Source of the DNA: an uncultured Deinococcales bacterium
GTDB taxonomy: Bacteria > Deinococcota > Deinococci > Deinococcales > JAAFIG01
Direction: 5' to 3'
Assembly (NCBI GenBank): GCA_964244895.1
Contig: CAXTKV010000069.1
Coordinates: forward strand, 1-10,904
DNA length: 10,904 nucleotides
This document shows, piece after piece, positions 1 through 7,554 of this stretch; positions within the stretch are counted from its first letter, which is position 1; every line of letters begins with the position of its first letter. The position numbers and the translations under genes are program-made. Under the pieces are notes generated by a model. The model was not told the DNA's origin, made no database searches, and saw only the letters and a program-made list of their open reading frames with translations.

Positions 1-2
1 AA

Positions 3-107
3 TTGCAGCTCGAACGCCCGATCTACACGGCGACCCGTTCCTATGGGCACTTTGGACGCCCGGAATTCCCGTGGGAGAACACGGAAAAAGCCGCCAAGCT
101 GGCGTAG
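3..107 (+). CDS. metK: S-adenosylmethionine synthetase, C-terminal fragment (gene starts upstream of the window)
   Basis: Frame 3 reads [34 protein letters not shown] (TAG 105-107), matching the characteristic MetK C-terminus L.RPIY..T..YGHFGR..FPWE. Not in the ORF track because it is truncated. Confidence 0.93.
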   Translation: MQLERPIYTATRSYGHFGRPEFPWENTEKAAKLA

Positions 108-117
108 CGGCTCGAGG

Positions 118-163
118 AACACCGTCCTGGACGCGTTCTGGAATATGCGTGCTGGACGGTGTT
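118..163. repeat. 46-bp palindromic REP-like element, copy 1
   Basis: AACACCGTCCTGGACGC-gttctggaatat-GCGTGCTGGACGGTGTT; starts 10 nt after the metK stop; preceded by CTCGAG (111-116). Confidence 0.9.
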
Positions 164-272
164 CTCGTGTCGATCCGGCTCGAGAATCGCGATCTGGGCG
201 CACTCGAGCCGAGGTTGGAACCCCTGCGAACGTCAGCCTCGTTTCACGCGTTCACCATCGCGTGTATGCAGA

Positions 273-299
273 GCGATTCCTCGAGTCTCGAGGAATCGC
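273..299. repeat. Perfect inverted repeat, 13-bp arms with 1-nt spacer
   Basis: GCGATTCCTCGAG-T-CTCGAGGAATCGC; lies over the -35 region of the predicted dsRBD promoter. Confidence 0.8.
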
Positions 300-302
300 G
301 CG

Positions 303-311
303 TGTTACAGT
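303..311 (+). promoter_or_regulatory. Putative extended -10 promoter of the dsRBD gene
   Basis: TGtTACAGT fits TGnTAnnnT, about 85 nt upstream of ATG 396. Confidence 0.5.
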
Positions 312-318
312 GCGCTCA

Positions 319-373
319 TTCCTCGGTCTCAAGCCGCGTCCGGTGCGACGGGCGCGACTTCAGACCGAGCGAA
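319..373 (+). promoter_or_regulatory. Long 5' UTR RNA stem-loop upstream of the dsRBD gene
   Basis: Pairs 322-329/362-369, 331-333/358-360 and 335-342/349-356 (19 bp, two 1x1 mismatches, 6-nt loop); extendable by 319-321/371-373. Confidence 0.6.
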
Positions 374-395
374 ATCCAGATCTCAAGGGAGCAAC

Positions 396-866
396 ATGAC
401 GAACCCGAAGGGCGACCTGATCGAATACTGTCGCGTCAACGGCCTGAGCGCACCGGGCTTCGAGACGATCGCGAGCGGCCCGGAACACCAGCCGGTCTTC
501 ACCACCCAGATCGTGATCTCGGATCGGGTCTGGGCGAGCGCGCAGGCGCGCACCAAACGCGATGCCGAAAAAGCGGCGGCGGCCCTGGCGCTCGGGGCGC
601 TCGAGCAGGGCGAACCCGTCGCGGGAACGGAACCCGTCGGGCAAACCGATCCGGATGCCCTGCCGACCGTCGTCAGGCTCGAACCCGAGGGCGAGGATTT
701 CGAGGACCCGTGGCCGATCTTTCCGGAAGTGCTGGCCAAAGCGCTCGAGGTGGCGAACGCTCGGGTGGACGCGGGCAAACGCGGCGAGGCCGCCGTGCGA
801 GAAGTCGGCGAGTTGGCGCTGGAACTCTACAAGGATTTGCTCGAGGATCTGGGCGAGTACAGCTAA
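396..866 (+). CDS. Standalone double-stranded RNA-binding motif (dsRBD/DSRM) protein, 156 aa
   Basis: ATG 396 follows RBS AAGGGAG (385-391). NPKGDLIEYC...GPEHQPVFTTQIVI....ASAQARTKRDAEKAAAALAL is the dsRBD signature. No RNase III catalytic domain; acidic linker and helical C-terminal region. The ORF-track start at 159 runs through intergenic repeats. Confidence 0.88.
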   Translation: MTNPKGDLIEYCRVNGLSAPGFETIASGPEHQPVFTTQIVISDRVWASAQARTKRDAEKAAAALALGALEQGEPVAGTEPVGQTDPDALPTVVRLEPEGEDFEDPWPIFPEVLAKALEVANARVDAGKRGEAAVREVGELALELYKDLLEDLGEYS

Positions 867-889
867 AACACCGTCAGGTAAGGCTGTCG

Positions 890-895
890 TAGAAT
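890..895 (+). promoter_or_regulatory. -10 box for a leaderless methyltransferase mRNA
   Basis: TAGAAT, then 6 nt (CCGTTC), then GTG 902; no obvious SD sequence. Confidence 0.65.
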
Positions 896-901
896 CCGTT
901 C

Positions 902-1504
902 GTGGCAAAGCCGGAGCGCGTGCGCGAGATTTACGACCATCAGGCCGCGAATTACGACGCGGTCGGCGGGGCGGGCAGGCTCGAGACGATGCGCGCGAAA
1001 CTCTTCAGCCAAGCGCGCGGCGACGTGCTGGAATTGGGCGTTGGAACGGGCGCGACCTTCGCGCATTACCCGAAGCTCTCGAGCCTGACGGGTCTGGACC
1101 TGAGCGAGAAAATGCTGGAAAAAGCCCGAGCCAGGGCGGACGCGCTGCCGTTTTTGGTCGAGTTGTGGCAGACGGATTTTCAACGCATTCCCTTCGGTGA
1201 CGGCAGTTTCGATACCGTCTCGAGTTCGCTCGGGCTGTGCGGCATTCCCGACCCGGCGCTCTTGTTTTCAGAAATCCGGCGCGTCTTGCGTCCCGGTGGG
1301 CGCTTGCTGGCGCTCGAGCACGTCCGACCGCCGAACGCCGTGCTGGGTCTGGGCGCGGACGCGATCGATCCCATCTGGGACAGGATCGTGGGTTGCCACG
1401 CGAACCGTCGGACGCTCCGTTTGTTGGAGCAGTCGGGTTTCAAATTGCGGATTCTGGAGCGGCACCTGCTGGGCGTGCTGGTCAGCCTGATCGCGGAACC
1501 CTGA
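902..1504 (+). CDS. Class I SAM-dependent methyltransferase (Methyltransf_11/UbiE-like; substrate unknown)
   Basis: Motifs VLELGVGTG, GLDLSEKML, PFGDGSFDTV, EIRRVLRPGGRLLALEH. Confidence 0.92.
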   Translation: MAKPERVREIYDHQAANYDAVGGAGRLETMRAKLFSQARGDVLELGVGTGATFAHYPKLSSLTGLDLSEKMLEKARARADALPFLVELWQTDFQRIPFGDGSFDTVSSSLGLCGIPDPALLFSEIRRVLRPGGRLLALEHVRPPNAVLGLGADAIDPIWDRIVGCHANRRTLRLLEQSGFKLRILERHLLGVLVSLIAEP

Positions 1505-1516
1505 AGTGTTCTGTGT

Positions 1517-1735
1517 TCAGGTGGCTCGAGCCTCGTCTTGGCCCAGATTCTGAACCCCGGCGCAGCTCGGGCAGATGCAGGACTGACCGCGTCGCTCATC
1601 CGGGATGCGCTCGAGAACATCTTGGGAAATGACGGCGCGAAAGCACCAGCAGTCCTCGATGGGTTTTCCTCGCTGGATCGCGCAGGCGTTCCCCTGGCCG
1701 CACAGAGAGCAGATGTTCGCATCCGGGGCGTTCAC
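1517..1735 (-). CDS. Cysteine-rich CWC family small protein
   Basis: CSLCGQGNAC...CWC...CICPSC pattern typical of Cys_rich_CWC; GTG start 6 nt after a TAGACT -10 box. Confidence 0.85.
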   Translation of the reverse strand: MNAPDANICSLCGQGNACAIQRGKPIEDCWCFRAVISQDVLERIPDERRGQSCICPSCAGVQNLGQDEARAT

Positions 1736-1741
1736 GAAGGC

Positions 1742-1747
1742 AGTCTA
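1742..1747 (-). promoter_or_regulatory. -10 box for a leaderless CWC mRNA
   Basis: Minus strand TAGACT-GCCTTC-GTG(1735). Confidence 0.6.
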
Positions 1748-1754
1748 CTCGAGA

Positions 1755-1800
1755 AACACCGTCCTGGACGCAATTTAAGAAATACGTGCTGGACGGTGTT
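1755..1800. repeat. 46-bp palindromic REP-like element, copy 2
   Basis: AACACCGTCCTGGACG-caatttaagaaata-CGTGCTGGACGGTGTT; preceded by CTCGAG (1748-1753); between the permease 3' end and the CWC promoter. Confidence 0.9.
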
Positions 1801-1930
1801 CCCCGAAATCAACCTCACCGAAGCGAGCCGTTGAGCATGAACGACTCGAAATCGCGGGCTCGAGAAACGGATTGGCTCGAGTCGGTTCGAGAACGAGCCG
1901 CGCGAGCCTCGGGAACGCAGCCTCAGCGAT

Positions 1931-2710
1931 TCAGGCCGGAATATCGCGGGTTCGCCAACGCCACACCGCCACCGCGAAACCGATGGCGCCGATCAGCAGC
2001 CAGGCCAATACCGTGCCCCACGGCGCGCCCGCGTTGACGGCCCCTTCGGGCTGGTACGCGCCCCAGATGCTCAAACTGCCCAACCATTTCGCGCCCGTCA
2101 CCACGTCCGCGATGATCGAAATCGCGTATTGCAAGCCGAACAGCCCGAAGACCGCGCCCGTCACCGAGCCCCGATCCCGCGCGAAGGCCGCGATGGCGTA
2201 AGCCACGCCCAGCCACAGCGCGCCGAAGGCGAAGCCCAACACCGCGAAGCGCCACCACGGGGCGGACGCGAACAGGTAGAGCGTTCCGAGCGTCACCAGC
2301 AGGATCACGACCAGTCCGACGAAGCCCGAAACGATCCGGCTCGAGAACCAGCGCGCCCTGGATACGGGCAGTGAAAGCTCGAAATGGATCGTGCCGCGCT
2401 CGATCATGCCGCTGATCGCGCCCGCGCTGCCCGCCGCGAACGCGATCACCACCAGCGGCCAGGTCAGGCTCAGGGATCGCGCCGAGACGTAGCCGACCGG
2501 GCTGGTGAAGCCCGAAACGCTGATCTTGAAGGCGTCCAGAACGGCGGGCGGCAAGCCCTTGATGAATTCCTGGAGCGCCGCCGCATTCTGGTTGTGCAGC
2601 GCGCCCAACCCGACCCCGCCGAGCGCCACCGCGCAGAAGGCCGCAATCGCGTACCAGACGAGACCGACCCGTCCGGTGCGCAGTGCCTGCGCCAGAACGG
2701 TGCGGTTCAT
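1931..2710 (-). CDS. ABC-2 type exporter permease subunit
   Basis: About six hydrophobic segments; ERGTIHFELSLPVSRARW resembles the ABC-2 permease motif; ATGA overlap with the ATPase gene. Confidence 0.9.
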   Translation of the reverse strand: MNRTVLAQALRTGRVGLVWYAIAAFCAVALGGVGLGALHNQNAAALQEFIKGLPPAVLDAFKISVSGFTSPVGYVSARSLSLTWPLVVIAFAAGSAGAISGMIERGTIHFELSLPVSRARWFSSRIVSGFVGLVVILLVTLGTLYLFASAPWWRFAVLGFAFGALWLGVAYAIAAFARDRGSVTGAVFGLFGLQYAISIIADVVTGAKWLGSLSIWGAYQPEGAVNAGAPWGTVLAWLLIGAIGFAVAVWRWRTRDIPA

Positions 2711-3591
2711 CGCGCCACCGGCTGCGCGTGGTTCTGCTCGAGCAGTTCTTCCAGGCCGATACCACCGTATTCAGCGCGCTCCACGCTGAAGGCTGCGAGT
2801 TTCGGCAGCGCGTCCTCGAGCAGGCGTTCTCCGGTCAGAATCGCGTGGGTCGGCGCGACCAGGTGCGGTTTCCAGGCTTCCAAACCGCGCGCTTCGATGG
2901 GCTCGCGCGTCCAGACGGACAGCCTGTGCGTGCCGCCCGTCAGCGCGGGTACGGTTCCGGTTTGCAGCACGCGCCCGCGGTCGATCACGGCGATGCGGTC
3001 GCACAGCGTCTGGACTTCCGCCAGGCTGTGAGAGCTGAATAAGACCGTCGCGCCCGCTCCGGCGCGCTCGCGCAGCACGGACAGCAGTTTTTCCTGAGCG
3101 ATCGGGTCGAGGCCGGAGGTGGGTTCGTCCAGCACCAGCAGTTCCGCGCTCGAGGTCAGCAATCTCAGGAGCGCGATCTTCTGGCGGTTGCCCTTGGAAA
3201 GCGTGCGCATGGGCTGGTTGATCGGGACTTCCCAGTCTCGCGCCAGCCCCGCCAGGCGCGAGCGATCCAGCCCGGCCACCGACGCCTGGTAATCCAGCCA
3301 TTCCCGACCCGAAAGGCCGTCCGGCAAGCGCACGTCGCCGGGCAGCCAGGCCACGCGCGCGTGCAGCGCGGGCACGTCCGTCCACGGGTCGAGGCCCAAA
3401 ACGTTCAGCCTTCCTGACGTGGCCCGGATGAAGCCCATCACGCAAGAGAGCGCGGTCGTCTTGCCCGCGCCATTGACCCCGACCAGCCCGAACAATTCCC
3501 CCCGTGACACCTCGAGACTCAGGCCGTCCAGGGCGCGCGTTCGGGCGTAGGTTTTGGTGACGGATTCGAGCTTGATGGCTGTCTGGGTCAC
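2707..3591 (-). CDS. ABC transporter ATP-binding protein
   Basis: Walker A GVNGAGKT, signature LSKGN, Walker B LLVLDEP, H-loop SSH; GTGA overlap with the regulator stop. Confidence 0.95.
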   Translation of the reverse strand: MTQTAIKLESVTKTYARTRALDGLSLEVSRGELFGLVGVNGAGKTTALSCVMGFIRATSGRLNVLGLDPWTDVPALHARVAWLPGDVRLPDGLSGREWLDYQASVAGLDRSRLAGLARDWEVPINQPMRTLSKGNRQKIALLRLLTSSAELLVLDEPTSGLDPIAQEKLLSVLRERAGAGATVLFSSHSLAEVQTLCDRIAVIDRGRVLQTGTVPALTGGTHRLSVWTREPIEARGLEAWKPHLVAPTHAILTGERLLEDALPKLAAFSVERAEYGGIGLEELLEQNHAQPVAR

Positions 3592-4091
3592 GGTTTCACC
3601 GTCCTCTGAGATGCGGGTTTCTGGGGCGCGGTCGGGTCGGCGGGGTCTTCGAACTGGTAATTCTCAAAAAACCTGCGGATCGTCTCGGTCAGGGCTTCGT
3701 AGACGTGCGCGATCCGCTCGAGCTTGGTGCGAGAGGCGGGCGTCAGGTTCTCGAGTTGGGCGGCGCGTTCGATCAGCTTGGAAAACTCGAGCGATTTTTC
3801 CAGGGTGGTTCGCAGGTATTGGACGTATTCGTCAGGAGCAACGCGGTAGTAATCGCGCCGATCGCCGGGCAGGCTGAGCTTCTCGATCAGCGTGAAGGCT
3901 TGCAGTTGCCGGGCGGAGGTGGATGCGCTCGCCTTGGAGATGCCGAGTTGTTCGGCCATCTCGTCCAGCCCGAGCATCGGGGCGTCGGTGATCATCAAGA
4001 GGCCGTAAATCCGCCCCAGGATGCGCGGCAGGCCGTACTGCTCGAAGTACAGTCCGAAATCTTCGATGACTTTTTCTCGGGGTTCCAGCAC
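3588..4091 (-). CDS. GbsR/MarR family transcriptional regulator
   Basis: FGLYFEQYGLPRILGRIYGLL...LDEMAEQLGISKASAST...PGDRRDYY is typical of GbsR-type winged-HTH proteins; first gene of the ABC operon. Confidence 0.9.
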   Translation of the reverse strand: MLEPREKVIEDFGLYFEQYGLPRILGRIYGLLMITDAPMLGLDEMAEQLGISKASASTSARQLQAFTLIEKLSLPGDRRDYYRVAPDEYVQYLRTTLEKSLEFSKLIERAAQLENLTPASRTKLERIAHVYEALTETIRRFFENYQFEDPADPTAPQKPASQRTVKP

Positions 4092-4097
4092 GCGCAG

Positions 4098-4126
4098 ATT
4101 GTAGTTCGTCCAGTTCGTTCAGTCAA
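4098..4126 (-). promoter_or_regulatory. Sigma70-type promoter of the regulator-ABC operon (leaderless)
   Basis: Minus strand TTGACT (4126-4121), 17 nt, TACAAT (4103-4098), 6 nt, GTG (4091). Confidence 0.85.
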
Positions 4127-4142
4127 TACTGAACGAACTGGA
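4109..4142. promoter_or_regulatory. Putative operator of the GbsR/MarR regulator
   Basis: Perfect 15-bp inverted repeat TCCAGTTCGTTCAGT-caat-ACTGAACGAACTGGA overlapping the -35 box. Confidence 0.8.
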
Positions 4143-4163
4143 TGCTTGCGAGGGTATCTCGAG

Positions 4164-4209
4164 GACACCGTCCAGCACGCGAACTCAAGAATGCGTGCTG
4201 GACGGTGTT
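4164..4209. repeat. 46-bp palindromic REP-like element, copy 3 (overlaps the rnhB 3' end)
   Basis: gACACCGTCCAGCACGC-gaactcaagaat-GCGTGCTGGACGGTGTt with perfect 16-bp arms; preceded by CTCGAG (4158-4163). Confidence 0.92.
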
Positions 4210-4886
4210 GAGGTGTATCCGCCCGAAAACAGACCGTCCACCAGGAGCGCAATTGGCCTGAACGAACGGCGGTGTTCGGGACAAGGCCCGAGGCGCTCCA
4301 AGGCTTCCCGGTGGGTTTTTGCACCGTAACCCTTGTGCGCGCCGAAACCGTAACCGGGAAACGCCACCTCGAGTTCGCGCATGCGCTCGTCGCGGGCGGT
4401 CTTGGCGATGATGCTGGCGGCGGCCACGCTGTAACTCGAGCCATCGGCGCGCGGCGGGGCCAGGAAGGGCAATCGCGTCTCGAGCTTCAGATAATCGGTC
4501 ACGAGCGCGTCGGGCGAAGGCTCGAGCCTGGAAAGGGCGCGAAGCGCGGCGCGTTTGGTGGCGTTCAGCACGCCGAACTCGTCCACTTCAACCGATTCCG
4601 CGAACTCGAGCGCCCAGGCCACGGCCTCGCGCTGAATCTCGAGCGAAAGGCGTTCGCGAGACTTCGGCGTGAGCGTCTTGGAGTCGCGGTACGCGCGCGA
4701 TTGAGCATCGAAGGGCAAAATCACCGCACCGACCGCGACCGGGCCAGCCCACGCGCCCCGACCGGCCTCGTCCACGCCCGCCACCTTGAGCGCACCCCTG
4801 CCTCGAAGCTCGCACTCGAGCGACCACATCGCATCGACGATGTGTGCGTCGGTGGTTTTCGGGAACGCTCGCGGCTGAAATTTCAT
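4185..4886 (-). CDS. rnhB: Ribonuclease HII
   Basis: VAGVDEAGRG..AGPV, DSKTL, SVAAASIIAKTARD, YGFGAHKGY, GPCPEHRRSF motifs; exact start codon uncertain. Confidence 0.96.
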   Translation of the reverse strand: MKFQPRAFPKTTDAHIVDAMWSLECELRGRGALKVAGVDEAGRGAWAGPVAVGAVILPFDAQSRAYRDSKTLTPKSRERLSLEIQREAVAWALEFAESVEVDEFGVLNATKRAALRALSRLEPSPDALVTDYLKLETRLPFLAPPRADGSSYSVAAASIIAKTARDERMRELEVAFPGYGFGAHKGYGAKTHREALERLGPCPEHRRSFRPIALLVDGLFSGGYTSTPSSTHS

Positions 4887-5039
4887 CTGAACCCTCGAAT
4901 TCGTGTTGTTGGATGAAACGTCTTTCAGCCCAGTATCCCTCAGTTTCAGCTCAGCCCAGACACCGCTTCGCGCATCCAGGATGTCGATACGGCCCCGTAA
5001 GAGTTCGGTAGCACTTCATTCATTAGGCTCGAGGTTCAA

Positions 5040-7547
5040 ATGCGTTCTTTCCAATCATCCCTGACGCTGACGGCGCCCATCGCGATCCTGCTGATCGCCT
5101 GCTCGGGCAATCAGACCCCGGTGGTCTCCGGCATCGCGCTGACGCCGAACGGCACCGTTCAGCCGTGCGCGACCGTCGACATCAACGTCACTGCCAGCGC
5201 TTCCCAGGGTGCGAAACTCAAATATCTTTACGCCGTCGTGGACGCCAACGATGCCAGTTTAACGCCGCGTCCAGATGCGTTCGTGGCCTCGAGCGGCCCG
5301 AGCGCCAGCTTCGCGATCTCGCCCAGCCCCAGCCTGAACGCGACCGTGCGCGTGCGGGTCGAAGTCAGCGATGGTGCGCACACCATCACCGCCCTGAGCG
5401 CGCCGATCACCGTGCTGGGCGGGCCGGGGCAACCGTGCGGCAGCATCGAAGGTCGAGTGCGCCCATCGATCCGGTTCTTCGGCCTGTCCGCCGGAATGCC
5501 TGCGGGCGCTGAATTCGTGCCGGACGAAGCGATCCTCAAGCTCAAACCCGAGAATCTGCGCCCGAGCGACCTGACTTCGAGCCGCGACCGCATCTCGTTC
5601 GCCCGCCCCATCGCGGGCGGCGCGGGCGTGATCGAGCGCCCTGGCGCACGACCGCTCGGTCTGGAAGCCCAAAGCGTCCGCGCCGACAGCCCAATAGGGC
5701 TCGAGACGCTGCGCTGGATCGCGCAATTGCGGGCCCGCCCGGATGTCGAATACGCCGAACCCAACCTGATCCTGCGCGCCCAGACCGTACCCACAGATCC
5801 GCTCTACGCGGGTAGCGGAAACCCGGCCCGCAGCCAGCGCTGGCATTACGAGATGCTGAACCTGCCCGCCGCGTGGGATCAATCGCTCGGCGCGGGCGCG
5901 ACGGTCGCGGTGATCGACACGGGCTTGCTCTGGAGCCAGACCGACCCTGCCCGCCGCCACCCGGACTTCGATTGCCAGGTCGCACCGGGCGTCCCCAAAG
6001 TCCTGCCCGGTTTCGATTTTCTTCAAGGTGACGCCGATCCTTACGACAGCGATCCGGGCGCGGAATACCACGGCACGCACGTCGCCGGAACTGTCGGCGC
6101 GTGCGCCAACAACGCTCTGGGCGGCGTCGGGGTCGCGTGGAACGCGCGCATCCTGCCGATCCGGGCGCTCAGCCAGCGCGGCGGCAGCCTCGAGGACATC
6201 GCCCGCGCGATCTACTGGGCCGTCGGTGCGAGCATCCCGGCCAGCTTCAACTCTGGCGCGAACGTGCCCGTCAACCCCAACCCGGCCAACGTCATCAACA
6301 TGTCGCTCGGTGGTCAAGGCCAACCCAGCCAGATCCTTCAGGACGCGATTGATGCGGCCACCGCTCGCGGCGCGGTGGTGGTGGTGGCGGCGGGCAACGA
6401 TGGCATCGACGCCTCCGGGTTCCTGCCCGCCAACCAGCGGGGCGTGATCGCGGTCGGTGCGCTCGGGCCGACCAGGTCTCGCACGTCGTATTCAAATTAC
6501 GGTCCGATCGTCAGCCTGATGGCTCCGGGTGGCGATCAGGGACTGCAGCACCGCACGGAGGACGGTGTGCTCTCGAGCATCGGCGTCTGTCCGAAAGATG
6601 CGAACGGCACGAACGTCATCGGTTGCGGCACCAGCGTCAACCCGAACTTCGAGTACGGTTTCGAGCAGGGCACCTCGATGGCCTCGCCGCACGTGGCGGG
6701 CACGGTCGCGCTGATGATGGGCGCTCAACCCAGCCTGCTCAACCCGACCGATCCGGCGCACAACTGGGTTCGGGTCGCGGGCATGCTGCACGACGCCTCG
6801 AGCCTGACGGGATTGAGCCTTTGCCAGCGCGGCTGCGGGGCGGGCCTGCTGGACGCCAGCAAGGCCGTCGCCAACGCCATCAGCGACACCAGCACCGGGC
6901 CGTTGCTGGTGCAAAGGGACGCGGGAACCGCATCCGGCGGGCTCGATCTGGGTTCCGGCCTGAGCAGCGCGAGCTTCAGCGTGCAGAACCTGGGCACCGA
7001 AACCGCCAGCGTCAGCCTCGACTCGAGCAGCCCCGGACTGAGCGTATCCCCGCGTCAGGCGAGCGTCGCGCCCGGCGAGGTGCTGCGCGTGACCGTCAAT
7101 CTGCAGCGCTTTGGTCTGACCGAAGGAGCATACGGCTCGAGCATCGCGCTGTCCTACGGCAATCGCAGCTTCGTACAACCCGTCTATTACACCCAGGGCG
7201 GCCCCGGAAGCCTGGCGGACACGACCAACGTGCGCGTCAGGTTGTACCGCCGCGATTACGCCTGCCAGTCCAACGAGCAGCGCCTGAACTTTCCGGGATT
7301 GGGCGTGGATCAGGACGGGCACTTCCGCTTTGGCACCCTGGAGAACGGCACCTACGACCTGGTCGCGTACCGCCTGAGCAATGACGGCGCGGACGGCGCA
7401 GTCGTGACCGAACTGGGCCGCCTGGACGACATCGAGGTCGGCGATCAGGGCTTGCGGTTGCAATCTCAGGATGTCGCGCTCGAAGCGGTCAATTTGACCA
7501 TCGGCGCCGAACGACCCGCCTCGAAGAGCTGCATTCCAAAGAACTGA
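5040..7547 (+). CDS. Lipoprotein subtilisin-like serine protease (peptidase S8) with accessory beta-rich domains
   Basis: Lipobox LLIAC; catalytic motifs VAVIDTG, HGTHVAG, AAGN, GTSMASPHVAG; propeptide end VEYAEPN; GAGG upstream of the ATG. Confidence 0.93.
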   Translation: MRSFQSSLTLTAPIAILLIACSGNQTPVVSGIALTPNGTVQPCATVDINVTASASQGAKLKYLYAVVDANDASLTPRPDAFVASSGPSASFAISPSPSLNATVRVRVEVSDGAHTITALSAPITVLGGPGQPCGSIEGRVRPSIRFFGLSAGMPAGAEFVPDEAILKLKPENLRPSDLTSSRDRISFARPIAGGAGVIERPGARPLGLEAQSVRADSPIGLETLRWIAQLRARPDVEYAEPNLILRAQTVPTDPLYAGSGNPARSQRWHYEMLNLPAAWDQSLGAGATVAVIDTGLLWSQTDPARRHPDFDCQVAPGVPKVLPGFDFLQGDADPYDSDPGAEYHGTHVAGTVGACANNALGGVGVAWNARILPIRALSQRGGSLEDIARAIYWAVGASIPASFNSGANVPVNPNPANVINMSLGGQGQPSQILQDAIDAATARGAVVVVAAGNDGIDASGFLPANQRGVIAVGALGPTRSRTSYSNYGPIVSLMAPGGDQGLQHRTEDGVLSSIGVCPKDANGTNVIGCGTSVNPNFEYGFEQGTSMASPHVAGTVALMMGAQPSLLNPTDPAHNWVRVAGMLHDASSLTGLSLCQRGCGAGLLDASKAVANAISDTSTGPLLVQRDAGTASGGLDLGSGLSSASFSVQNLGTETASVSLDSSSPGLSVSPRQASVAPGEVLRVTVNLQRFGLTEGAYGSSIALSYGNRSFVQPVYYTQGGPGSLADTTNVRVRLYRRDYACQSNEQRLNFPGLGVDQDGHFRFGTLENGTYDLVAYRLSNDGADGAVVTELGRLDDIEVGDQGLRLQSQDVALEAVNLTIGAERPASKSCIPKN

Positions 7548-7554
7548 TCTCGCA

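Noticed and set aside
396..866. Calling this gene rnc (RNase III)
   Set aside because: No catalytic ERLEFLGD domain in or upstream of the ORF; only the dsRBD is present.
867..875. AACACCGTC right after the dsRBD stop as a sixth repeat copy
   Set aside because: Only 9 nt match and there is no second arm. It could be a remnant but cannot be distinguished from chance.
43..892. ORFs 43-399, 71-892 and the 159-395 N-terminal extension of the dsRBD ORF
   Set aside because: They run through metK and palindromic intergenic DNA and give Arg/Gly-rich, motif-free translations. The RBS and domain start point to ATG 396.
902..1504. Methyltransferase as the CTCGAG DNA methylase
   Set aside because: It lacks DPPY/NPPY or PCQ catalytic motifs and looks like a small-molecule class I methyltransferase.
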